This document shows, in pieces, positions 37,504 to 51,978 of a DNA stretch of 64,000 bases. The stretch is taken from positions 62,001 through 126,000 of the forward strand of contig JAAOMT010000328.1 of NCBI GenBank assembly GCA_016748015.1. Direction: 5' to 3'. Under the pieces are notes generated by a model. That model saw only the letters and a list, made by a program, of their open reading frames with translations. It ran no database searches and was not told where the DNA came from. The translations under genes and the position numbers were made by a program. Position 1 is the first letter of the stretch, and every line of letters starts with the position of its first letter. This DNA is from Geosiphon pyriformis uo1. Its lineage: Eukaryota; Fungi; Glomeromycota.

Positions 37504-39110
37504 ATGGAGCCAAGGGGTCCTGTTCCTTACTGATTTATGGTTGTGTCTGATTTTTTTTGCAGCAGTAGAGCCTTGCTGGTCAGTTCTGTGAAGTCTATTT
37601 GTCTTTTTGGAGTGAGCATTTTGGATTTTGAGGAGTTTTCTGTAGTTGTTAGTAAGTTGCATGAGGTCTGGTCTGACTCATTTGAGGTTTTTACAGATGG
37701 CTCGTTAAAAAAATTTTGGTAGTGCTGATGTTGCCAGTGGTGCGTGGCCTTTTTTTCTACTATTGATATGAGTATTAGCATTAGGGTTGATGGGCTGTTG
37801 TCTTCTACTATGGCCGAACTGCAAGCCATTGCTTTGTCTTTGGAGTGTGTTCCGTTTTCTTGTATGGTGATTGTACATGCTAACAGTCAAGCGGCTATTG
37901 ATGCATGCATTTCTGAAATGTTATTGTCCGTGCCTGATTTCTGCTCCTTTTGTTGGTTGGAGAGATACTGGATTTTTGATTTGGTTTGCGAAAAAGATCT
38001 TTCTGTATATTGGGTTAAAGTCAAAGGGCATTTTGGGGTTGTTGGTAATGTTAAGGCTAATGCTGCTGCTGGGGATGCTGTTTTTTCTCATTTATTTTTG
38101 CCTGTTGGTGTCCAGAAGTGCTTTTTAGTTGCTGAAAATACACCGGTCTCTGGCAATACTCGTCATTTTGTTCGGGGTTTGTATAAATTTGTTTGCCATG
38201 CATGGTGGAAGACGGAACCTGGCCATGATGTAATTCCTGGTGTGCTAATTGAGGCCATGAATTGGGATGCTACTGTTAAGATATGGCATCTCGATTCACA
38301 TATGCTTGCTGGTTTTACTAGTCAGAGATCTTCTTGTCTTCACACATATCTGATGAAGGCTGTGCACCAATGGCTTCCTGTGGTGGTTAGGAAATGTTTG
38401 TATGATAAACTGTACCCTGGTGTGCTGTGCTTATTGTGTCATAAGGTGGAGTTACCAGACCATGTTTTCACGTGTTCTTATAATGTGGAGATTTGCAAGA
38501 AGATTCTGGTCGCAATGTGTTTGGACTGGCTATTCATGGTTGGTCTTCGTGGCTCGTTATCCTCTGCTGTTTTGCAATCTCTTAGTCAGTGTTCTTTGGA
38601 CGTTGGTTTGTATTCAGTTCTGTGTAAAAAGTTTGTGCTGAGGAAGTAGTGTGAAGAGACGGTAGAAATTTTGGATGGTAAAAAGGAGACTGTTAGCACT
38701 GTGGTTGGTTTTGTTGGGCATTTGGTTGAGCTACATTGCTCTAAAGCCTGGTTGGCGAGGTTGGCATTTAGGGTGAGAATAAAGAAGACTGGTCTGGTTG
38801 GAGATGACAGTTTGTTTTCTGGTTTGTCTCATTGTTTGAGTTCTTTGTTGCCTGATAAGGTGGTAAGGATGCTTGGCATTGCTGGCTCTTTTGCTGTTAA
38901 TTTTGGCTGTTGCAGGTCTTATCTTTTTTTCTCTGGTCTAAATGGTAGTCCTAGTGTTGATATAGATGTGTAGTGTTGCCTTGTCTGGCCTGAGTGGCTA
39001 GCCACATGTAGTAAGTGCATGAACTGTGTTTAGTTTAAGCCTCTTAGTTTGGTTCTATGTACTAGATAGCAGTTGGACTTTACTCATTAAATATATTAAT
39101 AAAAAAATAA
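37504..39110 (+). mobile_element. 5'-truncated, relatively young LINE (RNase H to 3' end)
   Basis: VFTDGSL, AELQAI, KVKGHFG, CLLCHKVELPDHVFTC; TSD AAATTATTAT at 37494-37503 and 39111-39120; higher GC and CpG than its neighbours. Confidence 0.92.
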
Positions 39111-39370
39111 AAATTATTATTTAATTAATAATCTAATTTGTATAAAACACAAATATAACTAAATTAAAATAATTAAATTATATAATATCTTAAATTATAT
39201 AATATTTAAAATTTGCTAAAATATTTAAAATTTGTAATTTAATAAAATATATTTTTAGTTCACTAAAATATTAGAAAAAAGTGTAAAATTATAGAATAAT
39301 ATTACAATAAATTATATAAAAAAAGAGTTTTTTTTTAAAAAAATTGTATCTTATTTCAAAATATTTTATA

Positions 39371-42300
39371 TTAAAAAAAATTTTTCTCTTGTTAATCTCT
39401 TGACTATAACAAGAGCAAAGATTTATTGAAGAATTTACAACACCTTTTCTTCTTTCTTTTTTACTCTTTTGTAATTATTTCTTTTAATACACCTGTCTTT
39501 GTTGTCATGAAACCAGTGGGCTCTTCTACAGATGGCTCTGATTTAGGTTTGGGTGGTTTGGAGATCTGCTCAAACACCAAAAAAAAGCATGTAGAAAGTG
39601 TCTACTTTTATGATACATCATATAAAAAGCCAAAAAAACTTAACATTAATAGTGTTTTGGTTAATTCATCTATTGACTTTTTGGCACTAAAAAATATTAA
39701 CATTTCTGGTGATAAGTTTACAGTATCTTGGAGAAGTGATGTTAACAGTATTACTAGCAATATAAGTGGTTTTTTAGATATTGAGAATATGATGAACATG
39801 ATTGCTAAGGAAATGAGCTATACTGAATTAGTTAATAACAATAATATAAATGATACTATGCTGAGAAAAACTCATATCTAAACATATGTGCTGGGCAATT
39901 CTCTGAAAGCTCCAACATTTGACATTATAAGCAATAATAAAAATATGCTAAGTCTTCTATTTCCAAAGTTTGATGATTCTAAACAACTGCTGTCTATTAA
40001 GTCACATGTCCTGAAGAAACATAGCTTTGAATTAGTTAAATTATTCACATTAGATGTTGAGCTGTCTGCTGTATCTAGAAAAACAAATAGTAATAAGTTG
40101 ATTTCGATCAAAAAATTTTTTATCGAATTGATGATTTTGGAGAGCATCAATTCTCTCAAAATTCCCAGAAATCATCAGAGCATCATTTATTTCTGAATCT
40201 AATATAAATAAGACAAAAAAATTGGCAATCTGAGAAAAAATCATGGTCAATGATAATTTCAGAAAAGTAAACAGTCATTTGAATTGGGAAATAATTGTCA
40301 AGTAGATTTCAGTTGATCTTTCCAAATCAGCTGTAGAGTTAGTTTTTTCTAAGTTTGGTAAGGTTGTGTCAATCAAGATACAATTGATTGGTTTATGGCA
40401 AAAGGCTTTGGTAGAATATGAATCATTTGAGATAGCTAATTTGGTCATAACTAGATAATCTGTTTTCATAAAAAAAGATTTTATTCATGTGGTAAAAACA
40501 ATTGGTAATAAACAAACATGAGTATTTAAAGACCAGCATCAGGTTTTGTTATATATGCTTTCAGTTGGCATTACTGTTCATAATTTATCTGATTTATTGA
40601 CTTCTTATAGTAGAAAAACTTGCATTTTTGGCTATAATCCAAATTCATATGCATTTTGAAAATGAGACAATCAAATTGGCTGCTATTGGCTCTATTCTAG
40701 TGTTTAAAAGTGTGAATTTGTACTAAGCTGGTCTTTTTTTGGCCTGTTGTGCTTGATATAAACAATTTGGTCATATATCTGTTGATTGTGCAGTGGATGG
40801 GAATTTTGGTAGTCATGATAAGCAGATGGTAACTTTTTAGAATCATGTTTGCTTGGCCAACATTTATAAAAAAAAGCAGGCACCTATTGCTTATCCAGTT
40901 TCTTTTGGTGGCAAGACTTAGGCCCAAATTGTTGGTGGTTTTTTCTTTTATGTGATCTTGTTGGACTCTTTTAGTACTGGTTTGTTTTTGGGTGCAAAAC
41001 CCATTCCAATGGTTTCCAATCTTCTTAGTAATTCCTGTTTGGTTAATTATTTGGTTTCTTTGGAACACTCTTTAGAGCTTTTGACAGATCAGATTTTTGT
41101 TATTATAAAAAAATTGAGCTTTGTAGAAATAATGTCCTTGACATCCAAGTTCCATGTTTTCTTTCTGGTCATTCTAACATCTTTGGCTTCTAATTTGGAT
41201 TTGAATATGGCTCTGAATAATACATTGATGTCTTTTGCTCTCTCTTTTTCGGTTATTGCAGATATAGCTGCTGACTTTAGCTTAAGTAGTTTTAAGGTTT
41301 TGACCACCAAAGTAAGTGGATTGGAATTTAAGATGGTGACTTTGAAAGTGTCAGTTAAATCAGTTTTGGAAAAATTGAATTGCTTGTGCTCTGGTCTGGG
41401 TTTGTTAACTTTCTTTACTCTTTAATAAGTGATTTTGTGTAAAAAATTGCTATATGTAATGTTTATAATATTAATGTCTCTGCTAAGCAAGAGAACATTA
41501 TTTATTAGCATAAAGATTCTGAGAATTTGGTTTCAATAGTTACAGAAATAAAGTTAAGGTCTAGCAGTAGGCCATAAATTAAGAATAAGTTTAATGGGAT
41601 TAGAGTTTTTTCATTTGAGTTGGACAAGAGTTTTCTTGGTGCTAAAGTGGCAATTGTCATAAACACTTCTCTGATTCATCATGTGTATAAGGTTTTTAAA
41701 GTGCCTGGTTGGCTCTTTTTTGTCAAGTTGCTCTTTAAGAATAAGTTTTCTGTTTCAATTCTAGGAATTTATGCTGGTGCTTTTCTGGTTGTTTGTTTTT
41801 CTTAGACTGGTAAAATTAATTCTCTGATAGCTAAGACTGTAAATAAGTCTTTTTTTGTTGTATTAGATAAGAATTTCAATGAGAATAGTTCTTGCAGATA
41901 TGTGAGTTTCAAGAAATGTCTTGATTTAAGATTGGTTAATTTTTTGTCAGTGTGTTCAATTGTAAAGAATCCTACATGGAAAAATTTAAGAGATGTAGAA
42001 AAGACAATTGATTACATATTTATTTCTTTGAATTTGGTTAATACAATAGTAAATCACAATGTTGTGGATGTCAATAAACATTTTAATACTAATTACTGAG
42101 TGGTTTTTATGTCTGTGGGTTTAGGTAGACTTTTGGATGTATGGTTGAACTTTATTTGCAAACAAGCTAATAAGGACTAATAGAAATTTGATTTTAAGAG
42201 TGCTGATAATATAAAGTAAAATGATTTCAAAAATGCCACAGCAGCCAATGCAGTAATGTTTTTTGACAAGTTCATAATCTCTATGAAGTTTTCAGATCTG

Positions 42301-45300
42301 GGTGTGGGATGTTGTTCACAAAATAATGACTCTTTTGGCTAATGAGATACTCAAAAAAATGATTCAGGAACTATGATAATATTTTCACCAAAGATTCTTC
42401 TAGGTTTTATAAACTGGAGTTTCTGATTTCAAGGATTGTTAAGGCTTCTCGTGAAGAGAGTTCTGACAGATTTGTTTCTCTTATGAAGTGTTGGTATTCT
42501 TTAAACAGTGTCAAGACTTTGATTATTCAGAATCTTGTGGACTTTGGCATAAATTTTAATCATGTGCATTTGGCTCTTTTTAGTGTGAGGAAATTTTATT
42601 ATGTCTCCAAACTTGCTGAGTCTTTGTGAACTAAGGAGTCAGGAATCAGATTAGTCATTAATAAAAAAATGGAAAATTTTGCAGTCAATAAGGGTTATAC
42701 AATTAGGAGTGTGCTGAAGCATCTTTTTTGAAAGATAGTTTTAGATTATCTGGTCATTAAGGATGAACTGATTCTGGAACCAAAACTGGTTAAGATTGAG
42801 GTGGATTTGAATATGAAAGGCTGGACTAGAAAGCATGGAGTGGAGGCTAATTTCTTTAATAAGTGGTCTCATTAATATTAGTCTTTAGAGTATATTTTTG
42901 ATGATGCTTTCTCGAATGTAATGGATCTAATTGGCTTTGATAAGTTGTTTGGTGTGGTTTCTAATTTGTTAGATAGTAAGACTGCTGGTTTTTCTGAGAT
43001 CTCAAATGAGCTTTGGAAATATTGTGACAGAATGGTTTTGGATATGCTTTTGGCACTTTTGAATTCTTGTTTATTTTGTAAGTTAGTGCTCTATGCTTAA
43101 AAAAAAGCTTGGATCTTGATAATCCCTAAGCCTTATAAGTAAAAGGGCATTCTCACTAATACTTGGCCTATTGCTTTAATTAAGACTGCTTATAAAATTC
43201 TTTCCAAGATTCTCTTAGACAAGATCTTGTTGACATGTAGCACTTTTAATGTTTTGCATGGGAACAATTTTTTAGTTTTAAAGAGTATGATAACACAATC
43301 TCCTATTTTTGCCATTGATTTGATTATTGAGAATGCTTTAGAAAAGAATCATGAACTCTGGTTAGTTTTGTAAGACATGAGAAAGGCCTATGACTCTGTT
43401 GGATGGGAACATCTTAAAAGAAGCTTAGTTAGAATAAAAATGTGTGACAAGTTTATTAGGTTTTTTGGTAGCATTTACAATAATTGTGTCAATAGAGTTA
43501 TAATGGATTTTGAATTAACAGATAGATATTGGGTGCATAATGGTTTTGACTAGAGAGAGGTGTTCTCATCATTTTTTTGGTGCATATTTTATGATTTTTT
43601 TTTGTGTAAGATCAAGAGATAGAAAAATGTATATGGATATAGACTGAATTTTTATTATGTTGCCAGAATAGATTATTTAGAATCTCAAGCTGGATTGATG
43701 TCTTTTCTTATTGCAGGTGCTTTTGTCAATAACACAATCTGGATTGGTAGCAGCCAAATTATGATCCAACACATTCTTAATATTGCTAGTGAATTTTTTC
43801 AGATTAATAACATTTCTATCAATAATAACAAGACAGTGGTCATTCCTATTAATTGCAAAATTAATTGTTCTAATTTGTCTATTAATGGTTTGCCTATTTT
43901 TATTACCAAGAAAAGCAAGTTTTATCACTACTTGGGTATCTTTCTGTCAACTGAGAGTTTGTTGAAGTCTAGCTTGGCTAAAACACATTCTGATGTCCAT
44001 TTTTTTGCCAACCTTGTTTTAAAGAAAGCTGTTTCTAATAAGCAATTTTCATATTTGGTGTCAGTAGTTTTTCATCCCATTATTAGCTACAAAATACAAT
44101 TCAGCTTTGTTTTTGTTAATGTGTACAATAAGTGGGATGCTTTGATTCATAAGGGCTTAAAATTAAAATCTGGTCTGTCTTTTGATTTTTTCAATGATGT
44201 ACTTTATTATTCTTTGTTGTATGGTTTGAAAACTTTTGAGCAGATTTAGGCTAAGAACAAAGTGGCTTCTGTAGTGTGTTTTGTGAACTTTATTAGAATT
44301 TTAGATCATTTGTTTTTGTACTGGTTTTATGATTTGCAAGTTTTATCTTGAAGTCTGCTTTACTTTTTGGTTTTCTCTGTTCGTATTAAGATCAATGCTT
44401 CTAATAATTTTTTGGCAGATGTAATTCATATTTTTTTTGAGTGTAAATTGTCCTTGGATGGTCATATGACCAGTTCTTTCTATTTTTGTGGAAGGATTCT
44501 TATGTTATTAATTCTTGGCAAGTCTGAATTTTTCAAGTTTTTATCATTTTTTTGGCACTATGACATTGCTTATGTAGAGCAGCTTTATTGTAAGGATAGT
44601 TTTGTTTTTAATTGGAAAACATTCAAGCATTAGAAAAAATTGGATCTACATGGCCCTGTTCCTGACTGGTTTGAATATTCTGTAATAATATGGCTTCTTT
44701 TTTCACTTGCTTGGCTTCTTTGGGTGTTTCTGAAACTTCAAATGTTTTGGAAACTGGTAAATTTAGGCTTGTATGTAATTATTTGTTGGATGTTACAGCT
44801 GACAGTTTTTTTGTCTATATTGATAGATCTCTGAAGAACTTGAAGAGTGTAGATGTTAGGGCTGGTACAGCAGTTTATTTTAAGGATATTAATCTGGGTT
44901 TGGAAGTTAGAGTTTTAGGTCTGATGTCTTTCATTCTGACAGAACTGCAAGCTATTGCATTGGCTCTTAAGTGTGTTTCCTCTCTTAGCTTGGTTTGCTT
45001 TTTTACAAACAGTCAGGCTGCTTTGGATGCATGTAAATTGAATTTGTGTCTTGTGTATCCAGATTTTCAGAATTGGTGTTGGATTGAATATTGGCACATA
45101 GTAAATATTATTCAGAAAAAGAATTTAAACATTAGTTAGAACAAAGTAAAAGAGCATTTGGGTGTATTAAGTAATGTGCATGCTAATATGCTTGTTAATG
45201 TGGCTTTTTTTTCTTTATGATGTCTTCCTTCCCAGTTGGATGAATGTTATATTATGGCTAAAGGTGGTATTGTTTTTGGTAATTCTAGGCATTTTGGTTG

Positions 45301-46219
45301 TGAAATCTTTCAGTTCATTCATCATACATGTTGAGAAGTTAGTTCTGATTCTAGAGTTCTGAATAGTAGTTTGTTGTTGGATGTCAATTGGTTTAGTTTA
45401 TTTTTGGTATAGCATCCTGATTTGTACATAACTGCTAGTTTTACTAGTAGGTTAACTGCTAGTGTCTGTACATATTTTATAAAGACTTTATATTATCAGC
45501 TACCAGTTGCTGTTCTGAAACACCTGTATGATAAATGTTACCTCAGTGTATTGTGTGTAATATTGAGATTTCAGATTATGCTTTTTCTTATGTGGTTGAT
45601 GATTTTGTTCATCATCAATTGTTAAATGCCTATGCAGTTGCTTGGGGTGTGCTTTCTGGTTTTTTTTGCTCCTTTTCATGTGTGTTATAGTTGTTGTTCT
45701 TTTGTGTTTCAAATATGGTGATGTGTATGGCTTTTTGCAAAGGTTTTGTCTTTAATAATTGGTTATAAGAGACTGTGTTTGTCTTCGAAAATTCAAAGAT
45801 TGCAGATTAGAAGATTATGGACTTTGTACATGACTTCTGCTTTGCTTTCAGAAATAAAGTTTGAGTTGTTTATGCTAAACATCATGCATTCATAGAAAAA
45901 AATAGATTAATACCACATAATAATTCAGCTCTGGTCTTAGTCTTTGGACTGTTCTCAGTGCTTTCTACTGATATGTTTAGGTTGTTTAGTATTGCCAAGA
46001 CATTTGGTATTAGCTTTGGGTTTTGTAAGTTCTGCTTGTTTTTTTGGGTATTGGAGATCCTATTTCTGTTTATATAAGTGCTTAGTATTGTCCTGATTGG
46101 CTTGAGTAACTGGTTACATGTAGAAAATGCATGATTTACATCTAGTTTAAATCAATTATTTGATGTATTGTACTAGATAGTGTTTGGACCTTGCTCATTA
46201 AATGTTAAAAAAAATAAAA
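39371..46219 (+). mobile_element. Full-length degenerate LINE (L-b): ORF1 39507-41428, ORF2 41425-46085
   Basis: Colinear with L-a throughout; 3' UTR at 46086-46205; polyA. Ends are approximate. Confidence 0.92.
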
Positions 46220-48784
46220 TATATTTTATTTTTTTTACAAATTAATTTAATAAAATTTTATCTTAAAAACCAAAAACATTTTTAACTATTACTGTTTAAA
46301 ATTAATTAATTATCAATTTTAATAATAGTTAATATCTTTAAATCTGAATTTAAAACAATTTTTTTGAACATATTTCTTATTTTTATTTTTTTATTTTCTT
46401 TTATTTTTATTTATTTATTTATTTTTATATTATTAAATAGTCTACAGTTGAAATTTTTTGTAAAAAAATTAACTTTTATAGTAAAGTAACTATATATTAT
46501 TTAAAAAGTTTACAGATAAGTAATTTTATTAAAGAGTTAATTTTTATTGCAAAATAATTATATAAAATAATTAGTATAAAATTGGGTATTTTATTATAAA
46601 TTCGACAATATATACAGTCCAAAATATAAAAAGATACTTTAAAAAATAAATTAACTTATTAAAAGTTATTAATTTTTATTAAAAGTAAAATTAACAGCAA
46701 AATAATATTAACAATATTAAAAAAAAAGTAGAAAATTTTTGATAATATTAGATTTTATTAGCAAATTTATAATTGGTTTACATACTTATTTAATAAAAAT
46801 AGTTTATAAACAATTATTTATTGTTATTTAAAAATATTTATATAATAAATAATATGTTAAAGTTTTTTGTTTTTACTGTAAAAAAATTAAGTTTTTAAAT
46901 TATGTTTTTATATACAAATTAAATATAACAGTTTACATAAAGTTGTTAATAGATTTAATTAAATTTTGAATTTTATTTATTATTTTGATTTTGGAATTTT
47001 TTTTTTGTATATTAAATAATATTTTGTATATTATTCTATACAAAAATTTTGTTAATTTTCAAAAATATTAAGCTAATTATTTAGTATTTTTTATATAATA
47101 ATTAATAATAAATTATAAAAAAAAATATGTTTATATAAATTTAAATATAAAACTACAATAAAAAAATAGTTTAATTAATAATAATATGTTTATTCTTTAT
47201 AGTTTATATAGTTTATTTAATAGTTTGTTTAGTAGAATAATTTATATATTTAATATTATTAAAATTTTTGTGATTAATTTAATTTATACAGTAAATATTT
47301 ATTTTTTTCTAATCTAAATAATATAATTAATATTAAAATAAATAAATAATATAGTTTTAATTAATTCAAATAACTAGTTATATATAGCAAATACATAAAT
47401 TATATTTAATTGTAAATATTTAATTTGTTTATATATACTAAATAATAATTAAATCATATTTATTAAACTTTTAATAAAAAAAAATTTAAAAAAATTTAAA
47501 ATAAACAATAATAAATTATTATAAACCAAAAATTTCAAAACTATTTTTAAAAATAGAAACAAAAACTATAAAAAATTTAATAATTTTAAAAATAAAATAA
47601 AAATTAACAAATTTAATTTTAATAATAAATAGATTTTAAAAAATACTTAAATAAAATATAAATACTAAATTTGTTTAATTTATTAGATAAATAATACTTT
47701 AATATTTTTTTTTATAATCAAGTAATAATTATAATATAATTATTATTAAAACTGAATTTTATTTATTTATAGTTAAAATAAATCTAAATTATGTTAATAA
47801 GATTTTATCAAATTTATAATTATATAAAATTTTTAATTATAAAACACAAAAAATATTATAATATTATGTATTTAATAATAATTATATAAAATATTTTTAA
47901 TTATATATATTAATTATATAATAAATTAAAAAGTTTAATAATATTTTAATATAATTTATTTTAGTTTGAATAATTAAATTTGGATATAATATAAAAAATA
48001 AACTGGTTTACATATTTATTTCTGGCCAATTAAATAATTAATATAAGAAAAATAATATGTTTTTAACAATTTTTTTGTAGTAAAATAAAAAAAATAAAAA
48101 TAAGTATGTTAAGTAATTAATTTAAAAATTCTGTTATACTACAATATTTTGGGTTTAGTTTAAAACACAAGTTTATTTAATATAATATTATATATTATAG
48201 TTTTGATTTAAATAATTAATTATATGTATTATAAAAATAGATAATAAAAGAATCACATTCACTTAATGTTTTATTGTATTGTATATTTGAGATAAAAAAT
48301 AACTGTTATGTTATTTTGATTCAAGTACTAAGTTTTTTTTTTTTTTTTTTTTTTTTTGATAATATATAACATAATAAAATTTTTAAAAATCAAAAAAACT
48401 AGAAATAAAAATTTTCATCATCTTTTTGTTCATATCTAGAAAAATAGATTTTTTGATAGATAGGGATCATTCATTCAAAACAATTACATCAGAATTTAAT
48501 GTGTTTGCTTGAATTAGGAATGGATGAAATCTTCAACATGCGTGTCCCCATATTTCTAAAAAAGAAAATGATTGACCAAATGAACATTAATCATTTTGAA
48601 TTTTTAGTCTATAATTTGGTTACTTTTACCAGCTAATATATAAAATGATGTCATTAAGCATAGAACTCACAACTTTTGTATGGTGCGTTGTGAGAAACAC
48701 GGTAAATAATGTTTAGACCGTTTTTTCCTTCATTCGAAATCAATACAATAAAAAAAACTAATTTTACTCTTTTTAACAAAAATA

Positions 48785-49635
48785 ATGTCCTCAACACCAA
48801 ATTCCATAAACTCTGTAGGTTCTACTTTGGACTGGGAGGTCGCTTCTCTTTCTCCGTCATTACCTCAATGTTGTTTAAGGAATAATCTAAAAGTCAAAGT
48901 TGAAATGTTTTCCTTGTATCTTTGAAAAAAAATCATAGGAAGAAGATGGAAGTGGAAGTACAACTATCGAAATCCCGACCTTTGAACTTCCGACCTTTGA
49001 ACTCCTCGACCATGAAACGTTTGATCAGTTATTGGAAATGGACGACGATGAAGATCACGATTTCTCAAGATCTATAGTATGGAATTATTTTGATCAAGCC
49101 AAAAATACTTTTGACGAGATGGATAGAGCTTTGTAAGTTTCTTTAATCACACACATTAAAATAAAATGACATTCTAACGTTAAGAAGGTTATGAAATAAT
49201 AATCAAATCAAATCAAATCAAATCAAACCAAACCAAACCAAACCAAACCAAACCAAACCAAACCAAACCAAATCAAATCAAATCAAATCAAATCAAATCA
49301 AATGGTATTAATGAAAATTTTTTGACTCAATTGATACGTTTTAATAAATGACTAGGGACTCCAAAGATCTCAATAAATTATCTCAACTTGGTCATTTCTT
49401 AAAGGGAAGTTCTGCTGCTATTGGGGTTACCAAAGTTAAAGCATCATGCGAAAAAATACAACATTTTGGTAATAAGAAAGATGAGGCAGGAACCAACAAT
49501 ATCTCTGAAGGCCTAGCCCTTAAGAAGATTGAACCTTTATTGAAAAGAGTTAAAGAAGAGTATAAAGAGGCTGAAGATTATTTAAGAAGGTTCTATCAAG
49601 ATCGGGATACTACAGGCTCTACTGATTCTCCATAA
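48785..49635 (+). CDS. YPD1: Histidine phosphotransfer (Hpt) protein; exons 48785-48814, 48939-49132, 49356-49635
   Basis: FDQLLEMDDDEDHDFSRSIVWNYFDQA...LSQLGHFLKGSSAAIG; GT-AG introns keep the frame. Confidence 0.93.
49199..49302. repeat. Compound pentanucleotide microsatellite (AAATC)n(AAACC)n(AAATC)n in YPD1 intron 2
   Basis: Seen directly. Confidence 0.95.
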
Positions 49636-50455
49636 TGATACTTGAATGTCCTACTACGGCCAAAACATCAAGTTGTTTAGCCGATTGAGTGCTGAATTGC
49701 CCTTATTAAATATTTCAGGCTTGAGAATTTCATCTTTGGATTAAGCTTGACGTTTTATTTTATTTCATTCAGTTTTTTTTTTTGCTATTAGCATTCCTAT
49801 CTAATAAACGCGTTTTTTTCTGATTAACAGGGATAATTATTTTTTGGCAAAATAGCAAAATTTAAAGCTCATTCAACTACATTTTTGTCGTCATTATTAC
49901 TAATTAATACTACTTCCACACTTTCTTGTTATTTTTTAAAAATTTCAGCCTAAATTGCTAGTTTTATGCTTCCTTGAAGGACCACGATAAATTTTTAATA
50001 AAATTTAAGAGAGAGAGTAAAAGGCGTCTCGGTGATTATAAATCACCTGAATTCATATTCTGTAACATGCAAAATGAAGATCTGACGCTAGGGATATCAG
50101 AGTGTGCTAGGAAACATCACACAATGGGAAAATTGTAACACAAATATATGATAAAATGAGGTTAGACGAAAACTTTTTTCCTTGAATCTCGAGGCAAAGT
50201 TTTATGTGTTACGTTTTGCATTATTATTAAACTGAAAATGGCATCATTAAGCTCTGAAAATCTCGTAGCTCTTTTTATAATCGAGATATCTTTTAGCAGT
50301 GGACTTATATAGTAGTACGATATTTACATGTTTATTTCAGCTATACCCAAATCCTTTTCGCGCACATGAAATTATGATGACAAAGTATCATCATTAATAT
50401 TAAGCAAAAAAATTTGTATTTTTCTTAAAGATTTAATTTAGAAATATAAAATTTA

Positions 50456-50456
<1 letters not shown>

Positions 50457-50545
<89 letters not shown>
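50457..50545. repeat. (TAA)n microsatellite
   Basis: Seen directly. Confidence 0.95.
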
Positions 50546-50546
<1 letters not shown>

Positions 50547-51376
50547 TAAATGATAATAATATTATTATCATATTATATTGTATATATATTTATTTAAAAC
50601 TTAAAAATAATATAATGCATTTAATAAATTTAAGATAATTGTATATATTTAGATATTTAAACCAATTTATTTATTTATTAATTATTAATTTAAAAATATA
50701 AATAATTTATGATTAAATTAAACATTATAATTAAATTAATAGTATGAAATTAACAAAACTTTGATAAATAATAATTTTTAAAATATTTAATAATTTTTCT
50801 ATTATTTTAATTAATTTGTAATATATTATTTAAAATATTTAGTTAAATTACTTTGTTTTTAAACTAATATATAACATATATAATTTAATTAATATATTAT
50901 TATTATTATTATTGTTATTGTTATTGTTATTGTTATTGCTATTATTTTATTTAATTATAACATAATAAGTTGAAAATAAATTAATAATCTTAATTAATTT
51001 TTAATTTTTAAATATTGAAATTTTGTTTTTAATTATTAAATCAATATAATTTAATTTATAATTAATAATTCTTAATGATATATTAACTGTATATGTATTT
51101 ATGTATTTTTTTTTATAAAATAATTTAATCATTATAATATAGACTAAAAATATTCATCATTATGTACGTAAATAATAGTCACCGTTAAATTAATTAAATC
51201 TGTACAATTATTCATATAATTAAATTAACACGCTATTCAAATCGAATTATCATGTTGTACTACACTTCTTACATCTAATCATCTAACTGCTAAGGATCTT
51301 ATTCTAATTATTCCTCCAAATTCACTTCCAGTGTTCTTAGGTTTTTCTTTTCTCACTTCATCTTAAATAAAACAAA

Positions 51377-51978
51377 ATGGTAGATTCTCATTTCCTCAGG
51401 TCTTGAAACTCACAGTTCTTTCAAGTTGGATCTAATTTTATTTTGTTTTAAATAGAGCGCTGGTAGTGGTGCCTCTGTTCGTGACGATTGCATTGAGATT
51501 TTCCAAGAGCTCAAGTTGAGGAAAAAGTATAAGGGAATAATTTTTAAAATTGAGAATGAAAAAGAAATAATTGTCGAAAGTACCATAGATGAACCGGAGT
51601 ATGATAATTTTGTCAGTCACATCAATGAGAACTATCAGGATAAACCTCGTTATATTGTCTACGACCTAGAATATGAACTTCCAGGGGGAGAAGGGAAACG
51701 CAGTAAAATAATCTTTTTCCTTTGGTAAACAATATCATTTATGAATAATTTTCCATCTTTGAAGTTGTGTTCGTGGTTGTGAAAAGCTCTAATCTTTTTT
51801 TATTTGATTCCAATCATTCAAAAGGAATGCTCCCGGAAGTAAAATTCGAGAGAGAACCCTCTACACATCTAGCAAAGCTTACCTACGTCATAAGCTTAAT
51901 GGAGTAGCCCATGATCAACAGATTAACGATCTCGATGATTTTGCGACTGTCTTCGATAATATTGTAAACTCCAAGTAA
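51377..51978 (+). CDS. COF1: Cofilin / actin-depolymerizing factor; exons 51377-51379 (ATG only), 51456-51724, 51825-51978
   Basis: SGASVRDDCIEIFQELKLRKKYKGIIFKI...PRYIVYDLEY...GKRSKIIFFLW...YTSSK. An ATG-only first exon is typical of ADF/cofilin genes. Confidence 0.92.

Larger units (their letters stand above)
37387..46747 (+). repeat. Decayed family-A solo LTR split by two LINEs (37387-37503, 39111-39370, 46220-46747)
   Basis: Pieces are colinear with 6298-7309; flanks TTAA/TTAG. Confidence 0.72.
36110..47480 (+). mobile_element. Ultra-decayed 5'-truncated LINE in two pieces (36110-37386 and 46748-47480)
   Basis: YRYLGIFL...LAKIYSNIKFFANIVLK at ~36130; resumes as FISKFIIGLHTYLIK at ~46750; degenerate 3' UTR at ~47350-47480. 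Confidence 0.72.

Noticed and set aside
11087-46751. CTAG target-site preference for family-A LTRs (TSDs TTAA/CTAA and TTAA/TTAG)
   Set aside because: Only two decayed examples in AT-rich DNA; insufficient evidence.
50020-50205. Hairpins downstream of YPD1 (GGTGATT/AATCACC; AAAACTTT/AAAGTTTT)
   Set aside because: Short, with no match to an RNA family I recognise; compatible with chance.
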